The notes under the pieces were generated by a model. The model searched no databases. It was given only the letters and a program-made list of their open reading frames with translations, and had not been told where the DNA came from. Positions 18,681 to 25,486 of a stretch of 25,486 nt of DNA are shown in pieces. The translations under genes were made by a program, and so were the position numbers. Source of the stretch: a virus (Duplodnaviria; Caudoviricetes); the IMG/VR virus record IMGVR_UViG_3300029183_000043, positions 1 to 25,486 of that record; one strand, 5' to 3'. Every line of letters starts with the position of its first letter. Positions within the stretch are counted from its first letter, which is position 1.

Positions 18681-21200
18681 ATGTCAGTCGCAATGATCGG
18701 CCCTAAGTTTTACGCTTGGGATAGAAACGGCAAGCCTCTTGCTTTTGGTAAGCTTTATACTTACCAAGCAAGAACTAATGTACCAAAAGACACTTATCAA
18801 TCTGAAGATCAGGTTGTCCCAAATACTAACCCTGTAATATTGAACGGCGAAGGTTACGCCGATGTTTATCTTTCAGGCTCTTATAAAATGGTACTGAAAG
18901 ATGATAAAGACAATGAAATATGGTCATCTGATCCTGTTTCAGCTAACGAGCTTACTGAGTGGAAACAATGCTTGACGGCAACATATATAAGCCCTACATC
19001 ATTAAAAGTTTCTGGTAATTTTATTGACACCTATTCGCCGGGTAGTCGAGTTCGCATTGATAATAATGCTTCTGAGTATTCTTACTCAACCGTTGTCAGT
19101 TCAGTTTATGCAGCCAATGAAACAACTATAACAATAACCGATTCAGTTATAACAACTGGCGTTCAAGAAGTATGTGTTTCAGTAGTTAGTCAAGAGTCAC
19201 TTCCTGAAAGAAACCCTGATAATGTTGAAGCCTTAAAAGAATTAACGCTTCCTTCTGGAACTACACTTTCAACCAAAGGTTATTATTCAAAAAATGATGG
19301 CGGTCAGGCTGCTTATCTAATAAAAACAAACACTGAAGCTTCAAATGACGGTGACGTTATAGACGGGTTTATTAACCACCAACTTCAAGGTGATACTGTT
19401 GCGATACTTTTATTTAGTGGTGTTTTAAATATTCGTCAATGCGGTGCTTTTGGTAGTGGTACTGATGATGATACTCAAGCTATACAGGCGGCATTCAGTT
19501 ACATCAAGTCAGGCGACTCTTTATATTTCTCTAAGGGAAATTATAAGTTTTCTTCGCAACTAACAATGAATACTGAAAACGTAAGAATTTATGGTGGCGG
19601 CAAGTTAATTGAATCTGTAGAGCTTGTGGAAAGTATACTTATTACTGATGCTGACAATGTGAAGATTGAAGGTTTAGAGTTTGAAGGCATTGAAGACTTA
19701 ACCTCTTGGCTTGCTGGCGACTCTTCATATAGACAGGAGTTTAAATATTTTATTCGCTTCACCGATTGTAAAAACGGCGTTGTCCGTGACATTCAATCAT
19801 CTAAAAAACGCGGAACAGTTCTACTTAGTAATTGCCAAAAAATGACCGTTCAAGGTGTGCGTCATAATGGCTTCTTAGGTGACATTTCAACGCCGCAGCC
19901 TGATTCAAATTATTACCCAGTTGTTAATGTCAGCACAGGTCGTGAAAACCACATACATTCTTGTGAAGGTTTTAGTTGTGGATCGGTTGTATTGTTAGGT
20001 CTTGATTCTTCATATAATACAGTCTCTAAAATAACTGGTCGTGAAACTCACGACAATATGATTTATAACAGCTCTGGTAATTATTCTAGTTTTATGAATT
20101 GCGTTAGTGATGCAAGTAACGGAAGCGGAATAAAAGCTAGAGGTAGAGGCCACACAGTAACAGGAAATGTACTAACAAATAGTGGTGTTGGTATTGATGT
20201 TACTGGTAATGGCGTTGATCCTGATAACTTTGGCGCTAACGGCTTTGGTACTGTAGTTAGTGCTAATACTGTTGTAGCTTCAAGAACTCATGGGATAAAA
20301 ATGGGAGGTCAAGATGGGTTGCGAGCTAGGGATTTCATAATAATCGGAAATACTGTTGAAGCGCATACTGGTGTTGATGGTTTTTGCCCTATCACAGCTG
20401 CCGCTGAGCGCGGTGTTATTGTTAAGGGGAATATAGTTCGCGGATTTTCATCTGACTACGCTATTAATGTTAGCGGTATATCCAGTAATGAACTTCCTGA
20501 TTGTAGTATTGAGGGTAATATTATACAGGGTGGTGCTGATGGTATTCGCTGTCAATATCTAAATAGATCTATACTGTCAAACAATCAAGGTGAAGGGCTT
20601 ACTGGTGAATTGATTGATCTTAGGTTTTGTGATGACAATACAATTATAGGTAATAACGACAAAGACTCTAATATTGCCGCTTCAGACACATACCCTAGTA
20701 CAGGTAATATTTTTATTGGGAATAAGGTTAATTTAATATCAACCAACAACGAAACCAATAAAGTTGTAGTTGCCGACTTTGATCATAATTATAGTTATTG
20801 GTCACCAACATATGAGACAACTGGTGTTGACTTTGACTCTATAACTCTTGGTACAACTCAAGGGTTTTATGTCAAAAACGGCAATATGGTTTATATTGAA
20901 GGTGTAATTGAAGTAAGTGCGCTTACTATAGGATCAGCAAGTGGAGCTGTTATTATAGGGAATCTTCCTTTTACTTCTTCAAATGCTGGTGCTGGAGCAG
21001 TAGCTACCCTTGGAGTTGCTAGAGTTTCTGGTTTTAATGTTAACCACCCTTCTAACTGCTGGATTGCTAGAAACACTGATTACATTCAACTTGAATATAG
21101 GCCAACTTCAAATGGTGGGACTGCCACTTTAGTTCCTGCTGATATGAACCCTGCTGGAATAAACAGAATAATGTTTAGTGGTGTTTATTTCGTAGATTAA
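18681..21200 (+). CDS. Tailspike / receptor-binding protein with parallel beta-helix (putative polysaccharide depolymerase)
   Basis: N-terminal virion-attachment domain (NGKPLAFGKLYTYQART...NTNPVILNGEG). GAFGSGTDDDTQAIQAA...LYFSKGNY marks entry to a pectate-lyase-like helix, followed by many (I/V)xGN repeats and a C-terminal beta domain (GFYVKNGNMVYI...NLPFT). Confidence 0.9.
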   Translation: MSVAMIGPKFYAWDRNGKPLAFGKLYTYQARTNVPKDTYQSEDQVVPNTNPVILNGEGYADVYLSGSYKMVLKDDKDNEIWSSDPVSANELTEWKQCLTATYISPTSLKVSGNFIDTYSPGSRVRIDNNASEYSYSTVVSSVYAANETTITITDSVITTGVQEVCVSVVSQESLPERNPDNVEALKELTLPSGTTLSTKGYYSKNDGGQAAYLIKTNTEASNDGDVIDGFINHQLQGDTVAILLFSGVLNIRQCGAFGSGTDDDTQAIQAAFSYIKSGDSLYFSKGNYKFSSQLTMNTENVRIYGGGKLIESVELVESILITDADNVKIEGLEFEGIEDLTSWLAGDSSYRQEFKYFIRFTDCKNGVVRDIQSSKKRGTVLLSNCQKMTVQGVRHNGFLGDISTPQPDSNYYPVVNVSTGRENHIHSCEGFSCGSVVLLGLDSSYNTVSKITGRETHDNMIYNSSGNYSSFMNCVSDASNGSGIKARGRGHTVTGNVLTNSGVGIDVTGNGVDPDNFGANGFGTVVSANTVVASRTHGIKMGGQDGLRARDFIIIGNTVEAHTGVDGFCPITAAAERGVIVKGNIVRGFSSDYAINVSGISSNELPDCSIEGNIIQGGADGIRCQYLNRSILSNNQGEGLTGELIDLRFCDDNTIIGNNDKDSNIAASDTYPSTGNIFIGNKVNLISTNNETNKVVVADFDHNYSYWSPTYETTGVDFDSITLGTTQGFYVKNGNMVYIEGVIEVSALTIGSASGAVIIGNLPFTSSNAGAGAVATLGVARVSGFNVNHPSNCWIARNTDYIQLEYRPTSNGGTATLVPADMNPAGINRIMFSGVYFVD

Positions 21201-21221
21201 AAAAGCCCGGTCAACGCCGGG
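21199..21221 (-). terminator. Terminator between the convergent tailspike and ninG genes, possibly bidirectional
   Basis: On the - strand CCCGG-CGTTGA-CCGGG-C-TTTTTT, with the ninG stop codon in the loop. On the + strand the stem is followed by TAATTCTTTTTT. Confidence 0.7.
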
Positions 21222-21876
21222 TAATTCTTTTTTCTAAGATACGAGCGCGTTTATTGAAAATGCGCTTTATTCTTTTCAGGTATTCAATATCGCCTTTCTT
21301 TAGGTCAATATCATTATTGTTTTCAAGGTATTCGACTTTAGCTATACCAATTTTTTCAATTAAGTTTATTCGATAGTTAGCGTCAACGGTTGCCGCCTTA
21401 GCTGAAAACCTACCGCCACCACCATTACAAGATTTACATTGCTTGTGTACGTTAAACAAAACAAACCTAAGCTGACCTTTAGCGCCTCGCGTCATAAAGT
21501 GGCCAGCGTCCCAACAACCGCCAACTTTCCACCCTTGTTCAGCCTCAACTACCTCTCTTGGCTTTAAGCACGATATACAAGGTTGATCATAGTCTCTAAG
21601 GCGAATGTATTTGTTAAAAGCCGCTTGAGCTTCAGCCAGCCATTTTGACTTAGGTTTTATTGCTTCCTTCTGCTCCCTGTGAAGCTTTCTAACGGCCTTT
21701 TCTTTTTTTGCTTGTGATTGCTTGGCCCTAGCTATTTGCTTCTGCTTTGCTTGCTTGTCTTGAGCAAACAAAACAGCGTGATCGTGACAGCAAAACCAAG
21801 CTAACGGTGTTTTAATACCTTCTTCAGCAAGCTTGTATTCACCGCAATACTTACACTTTCTTTTTTTGTTCGCCAT
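21211..21876 (-). CDS. ninG: NinG/Rap-family recombination endonuclease
   Basis: RKCKYC, FCCHDHA, AQAAFNKYIRLRD..PCISC, WDAGHF, NVHKQCKSCN, YRINLIEKIG. The ATG at 21876 is preferred over the GTG at 21882. Confidence 0.92.
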   Translation of the reverse strand: MANKKRKCKYCGEYKLAEEGIKTPLAWFCCHDHAVLFAQDKQAKQKQIARAKQSQAKKEKAVRKLHREQKEAIKPKSKWLAEAQAAFNKYIRLRDYDQPCISCLKPREVVEAEQGWKVGGCWDAGHFMTRGAKGQLRFVLFNVHKQCKSCNGGGGRFSAKAATVDANYRINLIEKIGIAKVEYLENNNDIDLKKGDIEYLKRIKRIFNKRARILEKRITRR

Positions 21877-22051
21877 AAGCACCTAACCAGTTCAATAATT
21901 TAACGATAAAAGTTACCTTTTTTGGTTTGCGGTTATAGCCGCATTTCAAGCAAAGCGCCTTTCGTCTTCTTTGTGGGTAATAGTAAGTGCCGGGCCATAT
22001 GTCACAATGGTTTTTACACTTATGGTATTTATTTGCTTTAACTAATCTCAT
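21851..22051 (-). CDS. Small basic Cys-rich protein, putative Zn finger
   Basis: HKCKNHC...LCLKC; ATGA overlap with the upstream gene. Confidence 0.6.
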   Translation of the reverse strand: MRLVKANKYHKCKNHCDIWPGTYYYPQRRRKALCLKCGYNRKPKKVTFIVKLLNWLGAYGEQKKKV

Positions 22052-22248
22052 TTCATGGACCTATATTTATTAAGATGATTTTTAAATTGCTCTTGCTCAT
22101 GCTCAGGAAGTTTATTTATTTCAGCTTGAACGGCTGATCTTGTGATCTTGCCTCTTCTCATGTTGTTGATAAGAAGCGCCGCTTGTCGCTGAAGTTCAAT
22201 ATCTCGCCTTTCATGATCAGGCAACAAAGATAAGTTTGTGCTTTTCAT
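22048..22248 (-). CDS. DUF3283-like / DNA polymerase III theta-like small protein
   Basis: NLSLLPDHERRDIELQRQAA...EQEQFKNHLNKYR matches the recalled DUF3283 pattern (NLSLLPxxEKxxIELDKQA); coupled to both neighbours. Confidence 0.6.
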   Translation of the reverse strand: MKSTNLSLLPDHERRDIELQRQAALLINNMRRGKITRSAVQAEINKLPEHEQEQFKNHLNKYRSMK

Positions 22249-22685
22249 TAGAAGAAGTTCATTAGTTGATTTTCAATGCCAACATCGGCACCGGGGAAAA
22301 CGTGTTTTAGTGCGGCCCTGATCAAAGCGTTATAGCATTCTTCAAATTCTTCCTGATTCATTGAAGAGAAAGCCAGTGATTTAGCTTCAATCCTAACTTC
22401 ACCGTGAATATTACTATACTGATCATAGAAGCCAGCCAAGCAAGTTAAATGCTGTCTGAATATATCAAACTGCTTTGACTCACTTTGAAACTCGTTATCA
22501 CCTTTCCAATACTCAAAACAGAAGTTAAAGAACGCGAAAACTTTACGGTGAAAAGCCGGGTTACGCGCAAGCTTAATTTCAACTGAATACTGCTCGCCTG
22601 TTTTGAATTTAACAGTTTTCTCATATTCCATATCGTTAACAGGTCGAAAAACACCACCAGCTTCTTTTATCATTTCTATTTTCAT
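22248..22685 (-). CDS. DUF1367 family protein (lambdoid nin region)
   Basis: RNPAFHRKVFAFFNFCFEYW, FDIFRQHLTCLAGFY and AKSLAFSSMNQEEFEECY. Confidence 0.85.
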   Translation of the reverse strand: MKIEMIKEAGGVFRPVNDMEYEKTVKFKTGEQYSVEIKLARNPAFHRKVFAFFNFCFEYWKGDNEFQSESKQFDIFRQHLTCLAGFYDQYSNIHGEVRIEAKSLAFSSMNQEEFEECYNALIRAALKHVFPGADVGIENQLMNFF

Positions 22686-23010
22686 TATGCTCTGCCGTGG
22701 TTAGGGTGGTAATCAAAATGAACTTCTTTTGACTTTCTGGCGCAACAAGCCTCAAAAAGACAATCAAATAAACCTAAGTGTATAACTTTTCCGTTTAATG
22801 AAATATAAGCTCGCCACTTTCCTGATTTATTGTGCCTTGAAACACCAACAAGGCCTGTTGAATTATCGGCTCGCTTTTTTGCGTTCTTATTATTTTGCTG
22901 GCAAGTAACTGATCTAAGGTTTGATATTGAATTGTTACTTCTGACGCCGTTTATATGATCGATGTTTTCACTAAATATTTTGGAACTATTTGACCTTTAC
23001 GCTTAATCAT
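22685..23010 (-). pseudogene. Frameshifted/truncated HNH-AP2 endonuclease (absent from the ORF track)
   Basis: Manual translation of the start-less frame 22996->22685 gives ...ENIDHINGVRSNNSISNLRSVTCQQNNKNAKKRADNSTGLVGVSRHNKSGKWRAYISLNGKVIHLGLFD...YHPNHGRA*. The SD-preceded ATG at 23010 is in another frame. Confidence 0.85.
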
Positions 23011-23057
23011 TGCTATATTTCCTATGCTGCTTGGACGTAGTATTTTCATGTTGTACG

Positions 23058-23087
23058 GCCCTAACTTTAATCGGTTAGGGCTTTTTT
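23058..23087 (+). terminator. Rho-independent terminator oriented against the local operon
   Basis: GCCCTAAC-TTTAATCG-GTTAGGGC-TTTTTT on the + strand: perfect 8-bp stem. Confidence 0.65.
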
Positions 23088-23631
23088 ATTTGTTGGTACC
23101 TAAGTCAATTAACTCATTTCTATCAACCATACGAACAACACAAGGCATTTTTGAAGGTCTAAATATTACAAACATTGACCCTTTAGTATTACCGTTAACC
23201 TTTTTCCCACTAATCGGGTGATAAAAACTAAGCCTTCCACCAGTTACAATTCTGATTTCAGATATTTCATTAATCGGTAGCCATTGAGCGTCAAGCGTAG
23301 CCGGAACAAGAAGAACAGAAGTAACGCCTTTTTCTTTTTGCTCAATACACTTGTTCATAAACTCCTTGATAAAGCCTTTCCCGTAAGGTGGGTTAATCCA
23401 TACCGGGCGCATACCAAAATCTTCAAGATGGTGTGACCAATCAATTTCAAGCGCGTTATCTTCTTTTGTGAAGTAAAACGAGCATTTGTGATTATTGTCA
23501 TTTGCCGCCGCATCAAGAGCAAAGTTAAATTCTTTGTTCATTGCCTCAAAAATTACAGGATCAGTACCCCAACTATTTTTCATATCAGCGTCAAGGTCTG
23601 AACTGATAATATCGTTTGGTTGTTTATTCAT
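23086..23631 (-). CDS. Phage N6-adenine DNA methyltransferase (phage Dam family)
   Basis: SWGTDP, FALDAAANDNNHKC, EDNAL..DW, VWINPPY, SVLLVPA and GRLSF. The target sequence cannot be determined from sequence alone. Confidence 0.92.
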   Translation of the reverse strand: MNKQPNDIISSDLDADMKNSWGTDPVIFEAMNKEFNFALDAAANDNNHKCSFYFTKEDNALEIDWSHHLEDFGMRPVWINPPYGKGFIKEFMNKCIEQKEKGVTSVLLVPATLDAQWLPINEISEIRIVTGGRLSFYHPISGKKVNGNTKGSMFVIFRPSKMPCVVRMVDRNELIDLGTNK

Positions 23632-24268
23632 TTAACTTCAACTCCTTTAGTCGATTTTCATATTGTGATTTTTTTCCGTTCAAGGCTTCAATAACATTGC
23701 TTGCTTTTTGCCTTGATATTAACTCGCTTACTGCTTCAACCTTTCTTTCCAAATACTTAGTTTCAGCTTCAATTTGATTATCAAAAAGCCCTAAATACTC
23801 TTGCTTGCCAAGAAAGTTTATTGTTGATGTGAATTTTTTGCTTGCTTTATGAAAGGCAACTCCCATAGGGTAAGCGCCACGAGTTTTATTATTCTCGTGT
23901 AAAAACCCGTTTACCAATGGGGAAACGAACAAGCAAAATTCAGGCGAGTAAATTTTATTTCCTTGTTTGACTAGATCTTTATCAAGGTGATTACCTTGCC
24001 AATCTTGCTTTACCATCCAAGTTTTAAAGTTAGAAAAGGTAAGCCACTCTTTACAAGCTGAACAGCCTTTGTAAGTCGGTCTTTTCTCTTGGAGCCTTTT
24101 TGAGTAACAGCGAGCTATCATATCTCGCCAAGCTTTGTAGAAAGGACAGCAAATGCGCTTACCTTCAATAATTGGCTGTACGATATAATCGGCATCATTA
24201 ATACCAACACCATGAACTAGCTTTTTATGAGCTTTTGAAACATTAGTTTCTTTTATTTCTTTAAACAT
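23624..24268 (-). CDS. HNH-like homing-endonuclease-type protein with C-terminal AP2-like domain
   Basis: GVGINDADY, YKAWRDMIARCY, PTYKGC...EWLTFSNFKTWM, HLDKDL..GNKIYSPEFCLFV...N, then PMGVAFHKASKKFTSTI...EYLGLFD. Confidence 0.8.
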   Translation of the reverse strand: MFKEIKETNVSKAHKKLVHGVGINDADYIVQPIIEGKRICCPFYKAWRDMIARCYSKRLQEKRPTYKGCSACKEWLTFSNFKTWMVKQDWQGNHLDKDLVKQGNKIYSPEFCLFVSPLVNGFLHENNKTRGAYPMGVAFHKASKKFTSTINFLGKQEYLGLFDNQIEAETKYLERKVEAVSELISRQKASNVIEALNGKKSQYENRLKELKLNE

Positions 24269-24281
24269 GACAAACCCTTAT

Positions 24282-24860
24282 TTATTGCTTATTCAATGGT
24301 AAGTCTTTCACAATATTAAGTAAAGATTCAAGGCCGTTTTTATTTTCAAGCTTGTGTTTCTCAAGCTCGATCCTTCCCGGTAGTTTGTCCGGCAACGCTG
24401 CTAAATCAGCTCGCTCATAGTTCTGGTAAGCAGAAACAAATTCTTTATGCGCCCAAACCATTTGATCGCTAGTTAGTGAGCAAAGATGCTTCCAGCCGCC
24501 AAGAGCTTGAACAGCCGCTAACGCTTGCTTATCTTCCATTTTTAACGAGCCATAAGAACCAATGCGGCGAATCTCACCTTCAATAACGTGCCAAGCAAGT
24601 TCAGCTTTATCTTCAAGCGCCTGTTCGTTTTGCTTAGTGGTGCCTGTGATAAACTTCATTATGTTGGCTGGCTTAGGTGAAAACATACCCTGGTCAGGGT
24701 CAGCCATGTGTTGATAAACAGCTTGCTCAAATGCTTCAATAGGATATGGCTTAAACATATTCCACCAAAGTAGTGTTTGAGGCTGAGTGAACTCTTCACC
24801 GTAAGTTACATTGATAGCGGTGATCAGTTCCTTAAACTTATTTCCATCATTCTCAGTCAT
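24282..24860 (-). CDS. Replication accessory protein, helicase-loader-like (DUF6475-like)
   Basis: Directly downstream of the initiator (TAATG overlap); LWWNMFKPY...FSPKPANI...AELAW...IRRIGSY...AVQALGGWKHLC...FVSAY. Confidence 0.7.
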   Translation of the reverse strand: MTENDGNKFKELITAINVTYGEEFTQPQTLLWWNMFKPYPIEAFEQAVYQHMADPDQGMFSPKPANIMKFITGTTKQNEQALEDKAELAWHVIEGEIRRIGSYGSLKMEDKQALAAVQALGGWKHLCSLTSDQMVWAHKEFVSAYQNYERADLAALPDKLPGRIELEKHKLENKNGLESLLNIVKDLPLNKQ

Positions 24861-25460
24861 TACTTCAACTCCAAGTCTTGTAACATATTAATAGTTCGCT
24901 CAGTTGATGCGGTAAATTGTCGCGGTTCAACTTGAGTTTGAATAAAGCTTTCAAGCTTTTCACCAGTTCGGCAAATAAGCTCAATATCATTAAACGGCTT
25001 TTGCCTGTCGTTGTGACCCATTGAGAAAGGATCATTACGGCAACCGTCAATAGCTGCTTTAATTTGCTCAAAGGTATAACCTTCTTTTAACCGGGCTTTG
25101 ATAGCTTTATCACGCTTAGGTGTAAGCTTGCTGGTTGAAAGATTTTTACCCATAACGTCACACCAGTATTTGAATAAATCAAAAGAAAGGTTAGCTTTAG
25201 CTGACTTATCTTTTAAATGGTTATTGGTTTCTGGTTCTTGGTTAATGGTTCTTGGTTCTTGGTTAGCTTTCGATTCGCTTTTTTTAGCTTTGCTTTCGGT
25301 TTCCGTTGGGTTTTCTAAATTAACCGACTGGGTTTTTTTAGCTTTGCTTTCGGTTTCCATTGGGTTTTCTAAATTAACCGACTGGGTTTTTTTAGCTTTG
25401 CTTTCGGTTTCCGTTGGGTTAGCTTTAGCTTTTCTAGGTCTACCGCCCTTTTTGCCGTTA
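24860..25460 (-). CDS. Replication initiator (lambda O-analogous, YdaU/DUF1376-like), 5'-truncated
   Basis: The frame stays open beyond the ATG at 25360 to the contig end: ...NGKKGGRPRKAKANPTETESKAKK..., a repeat-rich linker, NQEPRTINQEP, and C-terminal KRDKAIKARLKEGYTFEQIKAAIDGC. Confidence 0.8.
25218..25264. repeat. Seven tandem 7-bp repeats (TGGTTNN)
   Basis: TGGTT starts at 25218, 25225, 25232, 25239, 25246, 25253 and 25260. Confidence 0.9.
25279..25420. repeat. 54-bp tandem repeat, about 2.6 copies; candidate origin iterons
   Basis: AGCTTTGCTTTCGGTTTCC recurs at 25286, 25340 and 25394. The unit is TTTTTTTAGCTTTGCTTTCGGTTTCC(G/A)TTGGGTTTTCTAAATTAACCGACTGGG. Confidence 0.92.
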
Positions 25461-25469
25461 ACCCCTGCT

Positions 25470-25486
25470 GATCGTGACTGGGAAAC
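25470..25486 (-). other. Untrimmed random-amplification primer (library artefact)
   Basis: The reverse complement is GTTTCCCAGTCACGATC, the Round A/B random-PCR primer tag, located exactly at the contig end. Confidence 0.92.

Noticed and set aside
1626-21076. Antisense ORFs within the structural genes (e.g. 1626-1988, 4573-4998, 9535-9855, 17283-17675)
   Set aside because: Ser/Leu/Phe-rich mirror translations of well-supported genes with no independent evidence.
18681-21200. Diversity-generating retroelement or invertible tail cassette
   Set aside because: No reverse transcriptase, invertase, or template/variable repeat pair is visible in the window.
23024-23221. + strand 65-aa ORF
   Set aside because: Antisense to the MTase, runs through a + strand terminator and has no motifs.
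25358-25360. ATG at 25360 as the initiator start
   Set aside because: It is a variant base inside the 54-bp repeat; the frame continues upstream through NGKKGGRP.
25279-25420. CRISPR array
   Set aside because: The units are contiguous tandem copies without unique spacers, lie in frame within a CDS, and no cas genes are present.
1-25486. GATC avoidance; tRNA, rRNA or integrase genes
   Set aside because: GATC is common throughout, intergenic gaps are too short or lack RNA-gene structure, and no recombinase ORF is present.

Overview
About 25.5 kb of a P22-like (short-tailed) dsDNA phage genome, roughly 40% GC by eye; a marine gammaproteobacterial host is an inference only. The + strand (1-21200) carries a virion operon in P22 order: portal, scaffold, coat, small accessory protein, gp4-like adaptor, gp10-like hub, gp26-like needle, a cupin at the gp14 position, two ejection proteins, a 2731-aa polyvalent protein at the gp16 position, and a tailspike. 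The giant protein contains a ParB/Srx-like domain, an amino-type DNA methyltransferase, an HExxH metallopeptidase and an LPD38-like C-terminus. The - strand (21211-end) carries a convergent replication/nin module: repeat-bearing initiator, helicase-loader-like protein, HNH-AP2 protein, phage Dam-type methyltransferase, a broken HNH-AP2 gene missed by the ORF track, DUF1367, a DUF3283/theta-like protein, a small Zn-finger protein and NinG. The strongest signal is a candidate layered anti-restriction strategy: a probably virion-injected methyltransferase, a second replication-linked methyltransferase, and strong depletion of TGCA, CCWGG and WCCGGW (manual counts). The last 17 nt are an untrimmed random-amplification primer, so the contig probably comes from a randomly amplified virome. 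Family assignments come from recalled motifs and synteny, not database searches.
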